DNA from: Asterias rubens
Taxonomy: Eukaryota
Length of the DNA: 64,000 nucleotides
NCBI RefSeq assembly: GCF_902459465.1
Contig: NC_047062.1
Span: 27,838,001 to 27,902,000 of the forward strand
Direction of reading: 5' to 3'
How positions within the stretch are numbered: position 1 is the stretch's first letter; every line of letters starts with the position of its first letter. The position numbers and the translations under genes are program-made. This document shows positions 34,797 to 47,827 of this stretch, piece by piece. The notes under the pieces are model-generated. The model saw only the letters and a list, made by a program, of their open reading frames with translations, did not search any database and was not told the origin of the DNA.

Positions 34797-36204
34797 TTTG
34801 CTGTGTTATATAAGCATCACATGCCTTAACAGTTGATACCATACTGATGTTGGACAGTACTTCATTGTACAATGGTAAAACTAAGAAATAGTCATGCACA
34901 CTTAACTTTGTACATTTTGTTTGTAGTTTTTCTAAGGCACTTAATGTTGCATGTCTGCTTTTATGTTATTAACCGTATTGCCACCAATCCTTGTGTCGAA
35001 CTCCGACAATAAGAAAAGTAGTTCAGTATTATTTTAATTATCAATATCAACCCAAAAAATTATTATTTTAATTGGTACATTAGGTACATGTACATGTTCA
35101 TGAAGTGTTCTGTAAAAGTAGAATATTTGGTTGAATACATGTATACATACATTTCCACATGGTCAAGGATTAGAGTTTTAATGAGCTTGATTTATTTGCA
35201 TTCCCATTCTTTCTTTATCAGGGATGAGATTCTGAAAAACTTAAAAAGACTGAAAATTTGTCACATTGCGGGAGGAGCACATGTAAACTAAATTCCCTTA
35301 ACTATTTTTTTTCACTTGCTGGCTGGATGATTCAAACAATTTGTGGGTCGCTTGCAAGTTTGTTACAAAGCAATCAATTTTGGAAACTAACACGAACAAA
35401 TTTGGGCATTTTTTTTAAATAACTTTTTTTTCCAAATTAATTTCTGCCCTTGTAAAAGGTTTTTTCATCAACAACCATTTTCATGGGGTCTTGATGTTAG
35501 GTTCGGTTGTATTAAAAACTTCTTTTGCAATAAAATGTTCATGATATATTGCCGATATAACAGGAACTGGAAGGTTGAGATGAGACCCAGGAAATTCAAG
35601 TTTTGTTTCCCTACTTGCCTGAAAGAAGGGCGTACTTGTGCATGCAATTGTTTAATAAAATAAACGATCATGCACGATCGCAAACTCATTAAATATAGCG
35701 CAAATCAAGACTCAAACCATTTTAAGAAACTTCAAAACAATCTCTCTTTGGGAATTTATTACCGTATAACTTGATTATTGTGACATGGAACATTTTTTGG
35801 ACTCGCCAGACAGACTAGAAAATAAAAGATATGACTCTCCCGCTGTCGCATCAAAAGTAAATTTTTGCTAAAGTCAGAGATCTTATAAAAAGTCTGAATT
35901 TAAAACAAAAGACAAAAAGACGGAATTTCGCCAAAAGGCAGAAGAATCTCATCCCTGCTTTATATATTAACAAATGTTTTTTCCATTTTAAATGTTCATC
36001 AGCCCTCATTTTGACCTGCTAGTATGTATAGTTGATGCACTGTCTTCTCTACTTTCCATACAATTATAATCCACACAAAAAATCTTTATGTGATCCTTCA
36101 ATTTTTTTAAATTTTCCTTTCAGAGTCAAGGATAAATAGAAAGGAATTTTTGGATAACCAATATGCATAGACCTTTTGGCAACTACCCATTGGGCAAGTG
36201 CCAA

Positions 36205-36574
36205 TACCCCGTTCACACAGCCCTACGACCTTATGAAGACCATGCTGATCATCGCCATCTCAAAAATGTATCAAGTCAGGACACAATCGGCGTCAAAATC
36301 AAGCAATAATGCAAATTGAAGATCTCACCACGATGCATTAACACTGCTTGTGCGATAATGACGTTCCCATTACGACTTTTCCCCGCTTATTTTCAACATG
36401 TTCAAAATTAGCGTGGGAAGAGAATGCATGCAGCTTCCCAACCTTGGAGATCCCACCCTTTCAAACCAGCTCGTGGAGGTCCTCCTACGTTTGGCCCAGA
36501 TTGGTCCGTGATTGGCCACACTCTCGGGCACTTGTCCACTGTAGTAGAAGCGGCGTCTATGTGTGAACGGGGTA
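36205..36574. mobile_element. PIF/Harbinger-like MITE
   Basis: TIR TACCCCGTTCACACA / TGTGTGAACGGGGTA; flanks CAA / TAA. Confidence 0.7.
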
Positions 36575-38669
36575 TAACTGTTGAATGAGTTGCAATGCTG
36601 TATGTACATGATAAAATAATGTATGGGTAAAACAGAAGACTACACACTTTTAACAGCCACTTTCATTTTCATGTATGAGTATGTTTTAAAAATTGTTTTT
36701 TTAACGTAAATGACAATAAGCGATTGCCAATTTTTTATTTTGTGTGTTTAAAAATGTTCCTATTGCAACCCATGTTTGCCTACAAATGGCTTTGTCCACA
36801 GATGGCTTTATTCTGTCTGCTTGACTAAAGCTCCAGAGCATGATTAAAGGCAAAAACCACAACACTTGAAAAAGTGATGTGTCTTCTTTTTCCTAAAATC
36901 TATTATCTGACAATTTGTTTACTTGACCAGGGGTGGCATTCTTACATTTATCAACTTTAGATTTTGTCACTTGATGTTTAAAGATCAATATTTTGATACC
37001 TCTAAATTTAACTGTTGAAACAAGCTCAACAAGTGTTTAAAAATTGCTGGCAAAATCTGGTTTCCTACTTTTGAAATCAATGTCTCGCTCAAATAATACT
37101 ATGTGTACATACAGTAACAAGGTTTACATCATTTGTATAATTACAAAGGGGAAAAAAAAAACACTAACATAGTGCTCAGGGCATGCAAGGGTTAAACACA
37201 CATGTAACATGCTATTAACCCATTCAAGATTTTATGCAATTGATATTTAATCTTAATTGCAACAAAATTAATAAAAACACTTGAGAAGGCAAACTAAAAT
37301 CCTTGTTCGGCATGACTCCATTTTTAATGCAATTATGTTTATGGTTGAACTCAAAACAAAAACACCAACACATTAATTCAAACTTAACAATGTTGATTGT
37401 TGCTCCTTAAAACACTCCAATGTATTACTCACTAACTGCTTAAGTGTATTATTATCCAGGTATTAGTCCCCTATGTATGAGACTGTCCACAAAACACCCA
37501 CAATATTTGTATGTTAAAATGTTTTTTTTAAATAAAATAAATTTGTGTACTACACATTGTATTGTCTACAGACAACGTAAATTGTATGTTATGCTTTTTG
37601 TTACTAGTATTTGTTGAAATTTAAGTCTCATCGTTTGTAATGTTAATGTAATTTTTAACCTGTAAATATTATTTCAGTTTCAAGAGCACAAAAAGTGATA
37701 ACTACATGTAGATGGCCTGTGAACATCTCTGTAAATCTAAAGACAATTACATGTACTTAACAAGTTTGCAAACTCTTTAAGGTTCATGTTTAAGATATTT
37801 ACACAAATAGAAGCAAGAGCACCAGTGCATGGTGGGATATTCAAGGTCACTTTGCCAAAATAAGCAATTTATATTACTTCAACACTATACTACATGTACA
37901 TGTACAAAAGGTCTGGAGGTATATTACATCAAATACAAAAATTACAACAAAATCTTTCAAATTTGGGTTATAGTAATACCCTTGTACTGTATAGTCACAA
38001 AAATGGTTTTAAAAATGACATAAAGCGTTGAACTTAACGGTTAGTTTAACCATGGAAGAAGGAAGAGGAGTTCGAACGAAGGGACTTCAAAAGTTGAACC
38101 CGTGGTACCGCAGTCGTTTAACGACACCTCGTAATCACCCACATACCTTATACAAACAATGGGCGACCTGGCGTATGTGAGTTTGCACTCGGTTCTTCAC
38201 GCAACTATGGCGTTGTACATAATGTTGCATGGGTATAATAAAGAAAATATTTTTTGAGACCTGGTAAATTTTGTGTACGCATTCGCCCACTAAAACGAAA
38301 AACATAATTGAATACCAACCACCCTCTGGTGCTAATACCCAAACTTTGAACCACCGCTAGTGACCGGATAGTCGCAAAAAATGTAAAAAATATACTATGA
38401 TATGACGGTAAATGAAGAAGTCAATCACAACTCATCACCTTCTGCATCTCCGATTTTCATGTGAAAACAAAACAAATGAACCGGAAAATAATAACGCAAT
38501 CGTTTGTACCATGTGCGCATCCATGAAAGACAAAGAAAACACACTGCGCATGCAAAAACTGTGTACTTTTGCAATTCTTGTCTCCAATGATTCATCTTTA
38601 CACGCAGGCAACAGTGCAGAGTGGCGGTACCACAGGTTCTGTACAAAGAGATCTAATCCCGCTTGTTAA

Positions 38670-39000
38670 AGATGCTATGTAAGATTTTTGGTCGATTTGG
38701 CCCAAAAATTATGATTTAAAATTCAATAGGTATTTTGATGGGAGTCGAGAAAGTTACAAGCTTTCATTTGAGCCATTGCTCGAAAAAGTCTGCCAATTAT
38801 TAGTAGCGACAATATATCACGTGACCAATTCTTAAGTGTTTTAAAAGAAACGATTAAAATTTTTGTCGTGGTTCCTGACCATTAAAAGTAAAAGTTAAAC
38901 TTTTTTTTGTTAGAGCGGGTGATACTCTTTGAAATACCATTCACTAAAAAAATAAAAAATATTTTTTAATGTTTGGGGCCAAAAGTCTGACATAGCATCT
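38670..39000. mobile_element. Kolobok-like MITE family D
   Basis: TTAA|AGATGCTATGT.AGA..TTTGG ... CCAAAAGTCTGACATAGCATCT|TTAA. Confidence 0.8.
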
Positions 39001-39189
39001 TTAATCGGCCATCCAGCTGGATGTCTCTTATCTTTTTCCACTGATCAGAAAGGGGCATTGTCAGGGTTTTCTTTTGTTACTCTGCGGTTAGTCTCGTCGT
39101 TCGAACTCCGACGAACTCCTGACGTGAAAGTGTCATGCCCTGAAAGCAACTAAGACAACAATAATATGACTGTTAATGCATGATGATAC

Positions 39190-39428
39190 TTAATGAGGTC
39201 TACCTTTACCTCCACTGTTATTATATCTAGTCTGATGGGCTTCATCATGATTACTACCTCGTTGATAATGACCTTGATGGGGTACATATGGTACTTGATG
39301 TTGGAGTTGGTACTGTCCTCTCTGATGACCCGCTTGGGTAGGGTTGGTTTGGCCTGCCCTTGTTCCACCGTTACTTGGGGATATGTTGGTATCAGAGTGG
39401 ACGTAGTTTCGCTGTCGTCTGTTTGGTG
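39190..39428 (-). CDS. LRRC9: LRRC9 orthologue, probable terminal coding exon (Q/H/G/Y/N-rich tail)
   Basis: tttactctcAG acceptor; phase 1 matches the exon ending at 46232. Open for 78 codons (PNRRQRNYVHSD..GGKGRPH*). There is no recognisable homology, so the assignment rests on splice signal and phase. Confidence 0.6.
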
Positions 39429-40241
39429 CTGAGAGTAAAGCATAGAATAAATAATGTGAATGATAAAGTGAGATGAGATATAAATAGCTGGCAACAGTGT
39501 TTCTGTGGAAACAGGGAAATTATGGTAAGTTGTTTTCTACACCTTCTGTGTGATGGTGAAATCCAAGTAATGTCATTGCTTTGCAGAAAACATGTACAGT
39601 GTACATTACAAGCAAGTTTCACATGTTTAATTGCACGATTTTGTTTACTAAATTGAAGATGGTGTGACAACATACAATCTTAAGTTTAAAAAACCACTGT
39701 CAGATAAAGTGTATGAAAAATCAAGAATTTCAAATCAAAAAGAATGAAAACTAGACTTAAGTTTTTGTCATAACAAAAACAATGTGTTCGGCTAACGGGA
39801 GTACAAAAATACAACCCTGGTGGACAATTAACAAAAGAAAAAACCCATGAAATTTAGTCTTTTCAAAGCATTTACATGCAATTCCGGTATAGACAGGTCA
39901 AAAGGTCAAGAGAAGGTCACCAAGATTCCATATTTGTGAAGAACGTGAAACTCTTTCATATGATGTGTAGATTGTCAAAATAGCTTTTGTGGTTGAGGAC
40001 CTAGGAACTTATGAATAAGTGAACCACACAATCAACGTGTTGAGTCGGTTATTTTACTAAGCCATCACAATATTACATTTTGGCGACGAGCGGGATTTTG
40101 TATATCCCACAACATCATCATTTCTTAGTTCTTGTATCATAATTCGTCGCTGCCATCTTTCCAGTCGTTCCATGTAAGCAGTGAACGGACCAACTGGGAA
40201 AAGTCTGTCAAGAGGATTGGAACGATGTTTATCGTCTTTAA

Positions 40242-40450
40242 AGACACTGGACACCTTTGGTAATTGTCAAAGACCAGTCTTCTCACTTGGTGTATCTCAA
40301 CATAGGCATAAAATAATAATAATGAAAGAAAAAACACCCTTGTCTCACGAAGTTGTGTGCTTTCAGATGCTTGATTTCTAGACCTCAAAAATCTAATTCT
40401 TAGGTCTCAAAATCAAATTTGTGGAAAATTACTTCTTTCTCGTAAACTAC
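40242..40450. mobile_element. Kolobok-like MITE family A, right end truncated
   Basis: TTAA|AGACACTGGACACCTTTGGTAATTGTCAAAGACC; body matches 34096 onward. Confidence 0.75.
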
Positions 40451-40451
40451 A

Positions 40452-40657
40452 TTAATAAATACCTTGGACGGTTTCAAGTCTCTGATTGGTCAAAACCCGG
40501 TCACGTGTGGGAGTGTTAACGGTGGTATAAAGACCGGCTTTGGAAAATAGCGAATAAGTGGCCACTAAATCAGCATACATTGTGAATCCCTTGCGCGTTG
40601 CACTGTATCGTACGCTTATTTATATCCCTATTAGTTTCATTGCAACTTCGCGCACTA
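40452..40657. mobile_element. Inverted terminal arm of the Crypton-like family
   Basis: Reverse complement of 44040-44243 with scattered mismatches. Confidence 0.75.
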
Positions 40658-40929
40658 AAGCGTCAAGTCAAAGTATACCACAAAGTCTCCCTCTACCTCA
40701 GGTGCAGTTGAGCACCAGCAACAGCCAATGCTACACCAGCCCTACACACTCACAGCATCCACAGCCAAGGCTACACCAGCCCTACACACTCGAAGCATCC
40801 ACAGCCAACGCTACACCAGCCCTACACACTCACAGCATCCACAGCCAACGCTACACCAGCCCTACACACTCACAGCATCCACAGCCAACGCTACACCAGC
40901 CCTACACACTCAAAGCATCCACAGCAATG

Positions 40930-42104
40930 AGGGCGCCCTTTGAGAGGCAGCAACATGGCATTTTGTGCTCAGTGAACTTTTACAGTTTTAGCTGTTTTAC
41001 TCCTTTTTTGATATCGATGTTTGCATCCATTTTGTGATTTGTGACTATAACTGTGACTGTAAGTACCCTGTGACCACCAACACTTCTTTTTGAACTTGCA
41101 CTGTGATTTTATAGAGTTTTTCTATCATCAATTTGCACAACTTCTTGCCATCAATTTTTGGAAGAGTGACTCCAGATATTGCTATTGTGACAGAATCCTG
41201 GGTGAAGCCTACCACAGCACCAGACCAATACAATATTGCCAATTTCAACGTGTTCAGCAAATGCCGACAAGATAGACCGGGAGGTGGCATTCTCATCTAC
41301 ACCAAGGACAACCTTAGAGCAGAACCAATAGAGGAAATTATTGTTCCCCCTGAGCTGGAAGCAACATGGATGTTGGTGACGCATCCCAAACTACCAAGAG
41401 CTGTTCCCTACATTGCAGTTGCCGCAGTGTACATTCCTCCACAGTCGCCTCACCAAGATCTGATGATGAACCACCTGATATCATCCGTGGACTATCTACG
41501 AACTCATAAAGCTCAGGCTGGTATAATGATAACGGGAGACTTTAACCGGACTGAAATTAAATCACTTTGTCTGGGAAATGGATTGAAGCAAGTTGTCACT
41601 CTACCAACAAGAGGCGATGCAGTGTTGGATTTGATCATCACGAATGTTCACAATCTATACTGTATCCCTTCTGTCAAAGCTCCCATGGGGTGTAGTGATC
41701 ACAACTGTATCAGCCTAGAGCCCAGGCAATCCACACCACTTAACATTATAACAACTAAATCTGTTCAGCCTATTACTGAATCAAAGGTAAATCAGTTCGG
41801 AAGATGGATTCAAGACCAATCATGGTCCGATGTTTACAATGCAAATGATGTCCAGTCTAAGGCAGATGCCTTCTACCATGTGCTCGATGAGGGTATTGAT
41901 CTATCTTTCCCAAGAAAGACTGTCCGTTTACATGCCAATGATAAACCGTGGATGACTGACAGAGTTAAGGCCCTCATTCGGCATAGGCAGAAGGCGTTTG
42001 CATCAGGGGATACACAGATGAGGAAGTCACTGAGAAGCCAGGTCATAAAAGAAATCATGAAGGCCAAAAAATCCCACAACATCAACAAGGTGAGATATTT
42101 GCAA
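40930..42104 (+). mobile_element. 5' part (UTR + APE endonuclease + linker) of a CR1-group/REX1-like LINE, 3'-truncated
   Basis: ORF 41133: IVTESW, GGGILIY, VYIPP, ITGDFN, TRGDAVLDLIITN, SDHNCI, NDKPWMT. No RT follows. Confidence 0.85.
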
Positions 42105-42352
42105 ACACTACACCAGCCCTACACACTCACAGCATCCACAGCCAACGCTACACCAGCCCTACACACTCACAGCATCCACAGCCAATGCTACACCAGCCGT
42201 ACACACTCACAGCATCCACAGCCAACGCTACACCAGCCCTACACACTCACAGCATCCACTGCCAACGCTACACCAGCCCTACACACTCACAGCATCAACA
42301 GCCAATGCTACACCAGCCCTACACACTCACAGCATCCACAGCCAACGCTACA

Positions 42353-43077
42353 CCGATTTCACTAACGTCTATGTTTGCGATCATCGCTAACACACTTGCG
42401 ATGAGATCGCAAACCTCGAATCCATCGCAATTGCGATGTCGCCAATTCTGCGTTTCACTAAAGTCATCGCAATTGCGATGATGTTAAAAGGGAAAAATCG
42501 TCGGTCGTCGCTCGAAATGAAATGGCATAAGTGCAATTTATATGTAAATCGTTGTCATGTTGGTGCATACGAACTATTGTGAACGATGTTTAGGCATTCA
42601 TTTACAAAGGGTTAAAGCATTTATAGGCCTATGGCCTCCATTATAATTTTAGATTTTAATAAACAGTTTTCGTAAATCTGTTGTAACGGTGGGATTGATG
42701 AAAATTCTGACATATCTGTTTAATAATACTAAGCTTTACACTGTCAATTTGCCAATACATTACCCATTTTTTCTAAAAATGATGGTGAAAATAATCGAAC
42801 CCATATAGTATCTCCTTTTTACCGATATTAAGGGGCTCTTTGCTGCAGTTGCGTCGCGGATAGTTGTCATCGGCAATCTGAGTCTACCATGTAAATGACC
42901 GCAAGACTAAAATGATGTAGCGCCACTCGCTTTACTCTAAATCACGGACAATTTATACGTCAAAACGTTTTAGTGAAATCGTCGGCTAAAAATCCATCGC
43001 TAAGTTGCGATGGATTTTAGATTTAGCGATCGATTTCGGCGTTTGCGATGACCAAAACGCGTTAGTGAAATCGACCC
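42353..43077. mobile_element. PIF/Harbinger-like MITE, second copy of the 11135-12445 family
   Basis: CCGATTTCACTAACGTCTATGTTTGCGATC ... CGTTAGTGAAATCGACCC; inserted at the CAG of a minisatellite unit. Confidence 0.85.
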
Positions 43078-43566
43078 CTGCCCTACACCCTCACAGCATC
43101 CACAGCCAATGCTACACTAGCCCTACACACTCACAGCATCTACAGCCAACGCTACACCAGCCCTACACACTCACAGCATCCACAGCCAACGCTACACCAG
43201 CCCTACACACTCACAGCATCCACAGCCAACGCTACACCAGCCCTACATACTCACAGCATCCACAGCCAACGCTACACCAGCCCTACATACTCACAGCATC
43301 CACAGCCAATGCTACACCAGCCCTACACACTCACAGCATCAACAGTCGCCGCATAGTAAGGATAATTCTTGCGGTGGATGTCGCAACTGCGGTGGTCGGT
43401 ATCCCCACCCCCAAGAAAGAGGCTGTCCTGCCAAAGGTGTCACGTGTCATTCGTGCGATAAAAGCATTGCCTGATTACTGCAAAACCTCAGCACGGTACC
43501 ACCACTAGTGTGAATGAAGTTAACATGACCACTGAGCCAACACCAACCGTTCCGTCAGTTGTGAAT

Positions 43567-44243
43567 TAGGGAATAACAGTGCGAGTACCCGGTCTTCACT
43601 GCGTGGGAATGACCGGGTTGGTGGCGGGCGCTGTTAACGGACCGAGCCAGAGGCGAGGTCCGTTAACAGCGCCAGCTACCAACCAAGGTCATTACCACGC
43701 AGTGAAGACCGGGTACAAACACTGTTATTCCCATTAATAAATACCTTTTTTAACGAATTAAACGGCTACATTTGTCAAAATTTTGTGACTTTTCTCTCGG
43801 CGGTACTTCCAGACATGTTCAGGGGCCATATTTGAGCTTTTGATGGTTCCCATCTCTTTCATGCGTTTAAACAATGATCTGTTCAGCGCCTTCACTCTGG
43901 TCAAAGGAGGCAAATGATTGGACGATACCTGTTCCTTGTGCATTAAAACGCACGCATGAGCTTGGCGTCAGTTTATACGCGCGCACATGTTCTTGCGCGC
44001 ACTCAAAATTGATACATTTTCAGCGCGCGTATGTGTAAGTGCGCAAAGTTGCAATGAAACTAACAGGGATATAAATCAGCGTGCGATACAGTGCAACGCG
44101 CAAGGTTTACACAATGTATGCTGATTTAGTGGCCACTTATTTGCTATATTCCAAAGCCGGTCTTTATACCACCGTTAACACTCCCACACGTGACCGGATT
44201 TTGACCAATCAGAGACTTGAAACCGCCCAAGGTATTTATTAAT
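43567..44243. mobile_element. Palindrome+arm non-autonomous element (Crypton-like) inserted in Gypsy gag-pol
   Basis: Removing it restores GTT GTG AAT GAG GAA TAC CTC TTC (VVNEEYLF), with AAT at both junctions. It has a 175-bp hairpin at the left end and ends TTTTGACCAATCAG..AAGGTATTTATTAAT. Confidence 0.7.
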
Positions 44244-46231
44244 GAGGAATACCTCTTCCATCTACACTCCCCAGCAACAACCAAACACGTCTGCCCGTCG
44301 TAACTGTGAGTATCAATAACACTCCTGTCCAAGCCATCATCCAAACAGGAGCATCTGTCATGTTGATGAGTCTTAATGCTGTGAAAAGGATGCAACCCCG
44401 TCCCCAGTTGCAGTCGCGAACCATCCCCATATATGCATACAGTAGCGCCACCCCAATCGAAGTCATTGGTTCTTTCATCGTCTGTCACGACACATGTGTT
44501 TGTCACAACAAGTTCGCTGCCACACTCTCAACTTTTCCACTGCAACCACTCTTGGATTTGTTAACAATGCGTATAACTTACAATCTGGTGCACCAACAGC
44601 TACACCAGATTTCTTCACTGCCTTTGCTGATCCGTTTCAAGGCATTGGTAAATTAGCATCGTTCCAATGTAAGCTCCATGTTGATCCATCCGTCTCCCCA
44701 AAAGGGATCAACATGCCATATCAATTGCGTACCATCAGTGTGTGCAGTTTGCATGCCGTGGCTTCATAGGCTAATATAGCCAAAGCCTATGAATGGTCCA
44801 CAGCCTAGGTGCATAAGTTAGATCTATAAGTAGTTGGTTTTACCAGAAGTTTGTGTAGCTTTGTACATTTAAGAAACTTGAATAAAATTCCCCCTCCAGG
44901 GGAGAAAAAAAAAAAAAAAAAAAAAAAAGTCTCCATTCCAACAAGGGCCGCAATTCTGAGTCAAATCTATTCAAGTCTGTGTGTGAACTCTATCATCCTT
45001 CAGCCAATGGTCCAGCTGAATGATTCTTGTGAGTGCTCTGCAATATGTTATCCACTTACGTTTACAACAATCAAAAGAAATGTTCATCTTCCCGGGCCCT
45101 TACTCACGTCGGTGTATTGTACAGAAGTTGATGTAAGGTCATGAAACACATGTACCAATTGACTTGCTTCTTGGAGGCCCAACCCGAAAACATGGCAATA
45201 ATGGTGACTATGCTATCGCAATTGGAGAACGGATGACAACAAATATATGACATTGTCACTGAAAAATTAGGTCAGAAAAGAGACCACGACACAAGGATTT
45301 CCCAACATAACTATGACATGGGAGATCTTGTCTATGTTATTGATTTGACAAAAACACCTGCATCATTCCAAAGAAACCTTAGTGATTTGCTCTTTGACAT
45401 TTGGTTCAAACACAAAGGGCAAATCTATAATCCCCTATCATGACCATCTGAAGGGATTCTTCATGATGAATGTTCCCCCCATGGATGAGAACAATGCAAA
45501 CAACTTTGAAAGTCGCTAAAAACAAATTTCCCTAATAATACTCCCCACTCCACCAGTGTGAGTTCTGATGTGACCCCTATTCGACCCCATCCTTCTGCAT
45601 CAAACACTGTGAACAATCCTCCTACTCACAGACCAAGTCTACACACTCCACTTATCCCGGCTAGATTTTTGCTTTAGCCCGACCGTATCCTCACTAAGGT
45701 CAAGGAGAAACACTTTCCCAATGTTTTGGTGGATTGGTCCCCCGCTATACCCCCATTCATCAAAGTTATTGCCCTCCACACTCAAATGAACTATAAGAGA
45801 ATACAGCTGCTGTTGTCAACTGGTATTCCATCCCAGAATCCCAACTGCTGGATTTGTGCCTTGTGTGCAATTCCCAATAGAGAACAAGGAAGTGTCCTCC
45901 AGAGGGCATATCCGAGAAATGCTAAAACTTTGTTTCATTATGAATCCCCCCTCGACTTCGTGGACCAATCACTGTATGACACTACAAGTGTAAGGGGTGA
46001 TCTCTTTGTTTAAAATAACACCACTTTTAATGAAATCACCCCAAAATGGGTCTCTTTCGATTAGTGAACAGTCGGATGCAAAATGTCATAACATACATGT
46101 AAGTTCACTCTGCTGTGCAGCTCGCAATATTGAGAAATAAGACAGTGTATTGAATGGTCCCATCCAAAGGAGAGTCTGAGGGAGCACTGAAATCATGCCA
46201 TATATCCTAAACATCCTACATGTAAATGTAC

Positions 46232-46424
46232 CTCTGATGTTATCTTGTTGGTATCCCATAGCATCCTCAACAGTAGTATACTGAACAGTTTGACCCCAGT
46301 TATGTCTCTCTGTTGGTGCTCCTTGTAATTGGACATTAGTTATCTTAACAGGTGCAGCTTGGTTCTTGTATGGCGAGATACCAGGTAGAGTAGTTTCCTG
46401 AGTAGTAGTCACAGTTGATGCTGG
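46232..46424 (-). CDS. LRRC9: LRRC9 orthologue coding exon
   Basis: ctgcAG / GTACAT boundaries. Reads PASTVTTTQETTLPGISPYKNQAAPVKITNVQLQG.., cf. human PPIEITNVLLPSG (recalled). Phase 0/1. Confidence 0.72.
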
Positions 46425-46689
46425 CTGCAGGTAATAAGAATAATATTTATTTGGTTTGTAAGGTGCACAATTGGTTTCAGCTTTAAAGAAATCCACAATA
46501 ACCAGGGACAGATTTAGGGGAATACATGGGTGTATTCGTTAATGGGCCGAGACGCCACGCTTCATTGTGGGTCACCTGTTATGAGTATCTGCCCCTTTCC
46601 CATACCTCGGATCGGCCTTGACATTTAAACCCTCAATATCATAAACATGGATTTTTTTTCGCACCAAGGCACCAAGTCTTGAATTTCAC

Positions 46690-46990
46690 AAGTTACAAGT
46701 CTGACTTTTGCTAATGTGCCCATAAATTCCTTAAAGTTCTTTGAATTAGTGAAGGCGCTAAACGCAGGAGATTTTTCTTGGTGAGTACATTTATTAATAT
46801 CTTGTTTGCCTAGTATAATTAAATGGTTAATGATCGAATCCAGGTCATAAATATTGTAACCAAACGTAATAGAATACTCTCTTAGAAATATGTTTATCCT
46901 AAGCATAGAAGTAAAACAAAATTTGGATGTAACAAATCCCAACTAGGATACATGCAGAGTTTGAGCTTGAAGTTATTCTGTTTGTAAGAG
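46690..46990 (-). mobile_element. Tx1/L1-clade LINE 3' fragment
   Basis: Reads SITFGYNIYDLDSIINHLIILGKQDINKC..PAFSAF, the typical L1/Tx1 C-terminus. Confidence 0.6.
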
Positions 46991-47551
46991 TCTTTAGAGA
47001 GGAGATTTGGGAGATTTGTTGTTTCAAAATATTGAACTCAGACTAACTTGAATGGTTACCGTTATTATAATATATCAGAAAAATTGATGATTAAACATTT
47101 TAGCTCAAGAAAAAATAGATCTTTTAAAACTACACTTCAAGGTGAAATGCTCCTCTTAGATGGGACTGATGATTGGATATTTTCATTGCCTCATCCATAG
47201 ATTACTGGTTTTATTTAAACAGGTCACCTGCATTTAGACTTTGAGATTACTGAAAATTATCAAATTTGAAATGCCCTGAAAATCCTGGATCTGCACCTGA
47301 TAACCTGACTATTCTATGTTTGTTGCTTTATTTAAAGTCCAAAAATATTGTACAATAATGACACACAGTTATTATCAAGTTATCACTATGGTGAATAAAG
47401 TAGCACCACAATGAATGCACTTTCAGCATAAATTGTCCAGTTCAGTTCAAAATTTAGTTCAATGCCTATGAGCTTGAACAAAGGTTACTAAAAATACAAA
47501 ATATAGCTTTTTAGTAAATATTGATGAATTTTTAACAAAAATTCTACACAC

Positions 47552-47677
47552 CTGTTGTTCCAGAAAGTACATCTCTGCTTTTGTACGCTCCTCTGGGCTG
47601 ACTGGAATTCCATCAATACATAATAGATTGGGCTGTCTAAATACCAGCATTGGACGATGCATTAACCTTCTGGATAC
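47552..47677 (-). CDS. LRRC9: LRRC9 orthologue coding exon
   Basis: ggttAG / GTGTGT boundaries. Reads VSRRLMHRPMLVFRQPNLLCIDGIPVSPEERTKAEMYFLEQQ, cf. human [35 protein letters not shown]. Confidence 0.9.
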
Positions 47678-47827
47678 CTAACCATTCAGACAAAACACAT
47701 CAGTCAAATATCATTATTAAAGTGGCTCATACTTTGATCGTGAAAGCTTTGTTATGAAAATGTCAGTAAGTAGCCTGCAAAGCTATTTTGTTTGATGTGC
47801 CCCTTGATTAGCAATCAATACAATATA

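Larger units (their letters stand above)
40711..43345. repeat. 40-bp minisatellite in three blocks (40711-40925, 42105-42352, 43081-43345)
   Basis: Unit CTACACCAGCCCTACACACTCACAGCATCCACAGCCAACG, about 18 copies in total. Confidence 0.92.
40660..45680 (+). mobile_element. Shattered Ty3/Gypsy LTR-retrotransposon remnant (gag knuckle, protease, integrase pieces)
   Basis: CRNCGGRYPH..CPAKGVTCHSCD (43370-43470), VNEV..VVN|EEYLFHL, protease-like IIQTGASVML (44335), FQGIGKL..CKLHVDPSV, YHPSANGPAE (44990) and QKRDHD..YDMGDLVYVID (45270). Confidence 0.75.

Noticed and set aside
39150-39494. ORF-track 114-aa minus-strand protein
   Set aside because: The splice phase from the upstream exon selects a different frame; the listed ORF starts in intron sequence.
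47200-47305. Extra LRRC9 exon after 47552
   Set aside because: Both candidate acceptors give early stops in the required phase 0, and the exon at 46424 continues the homology directly.
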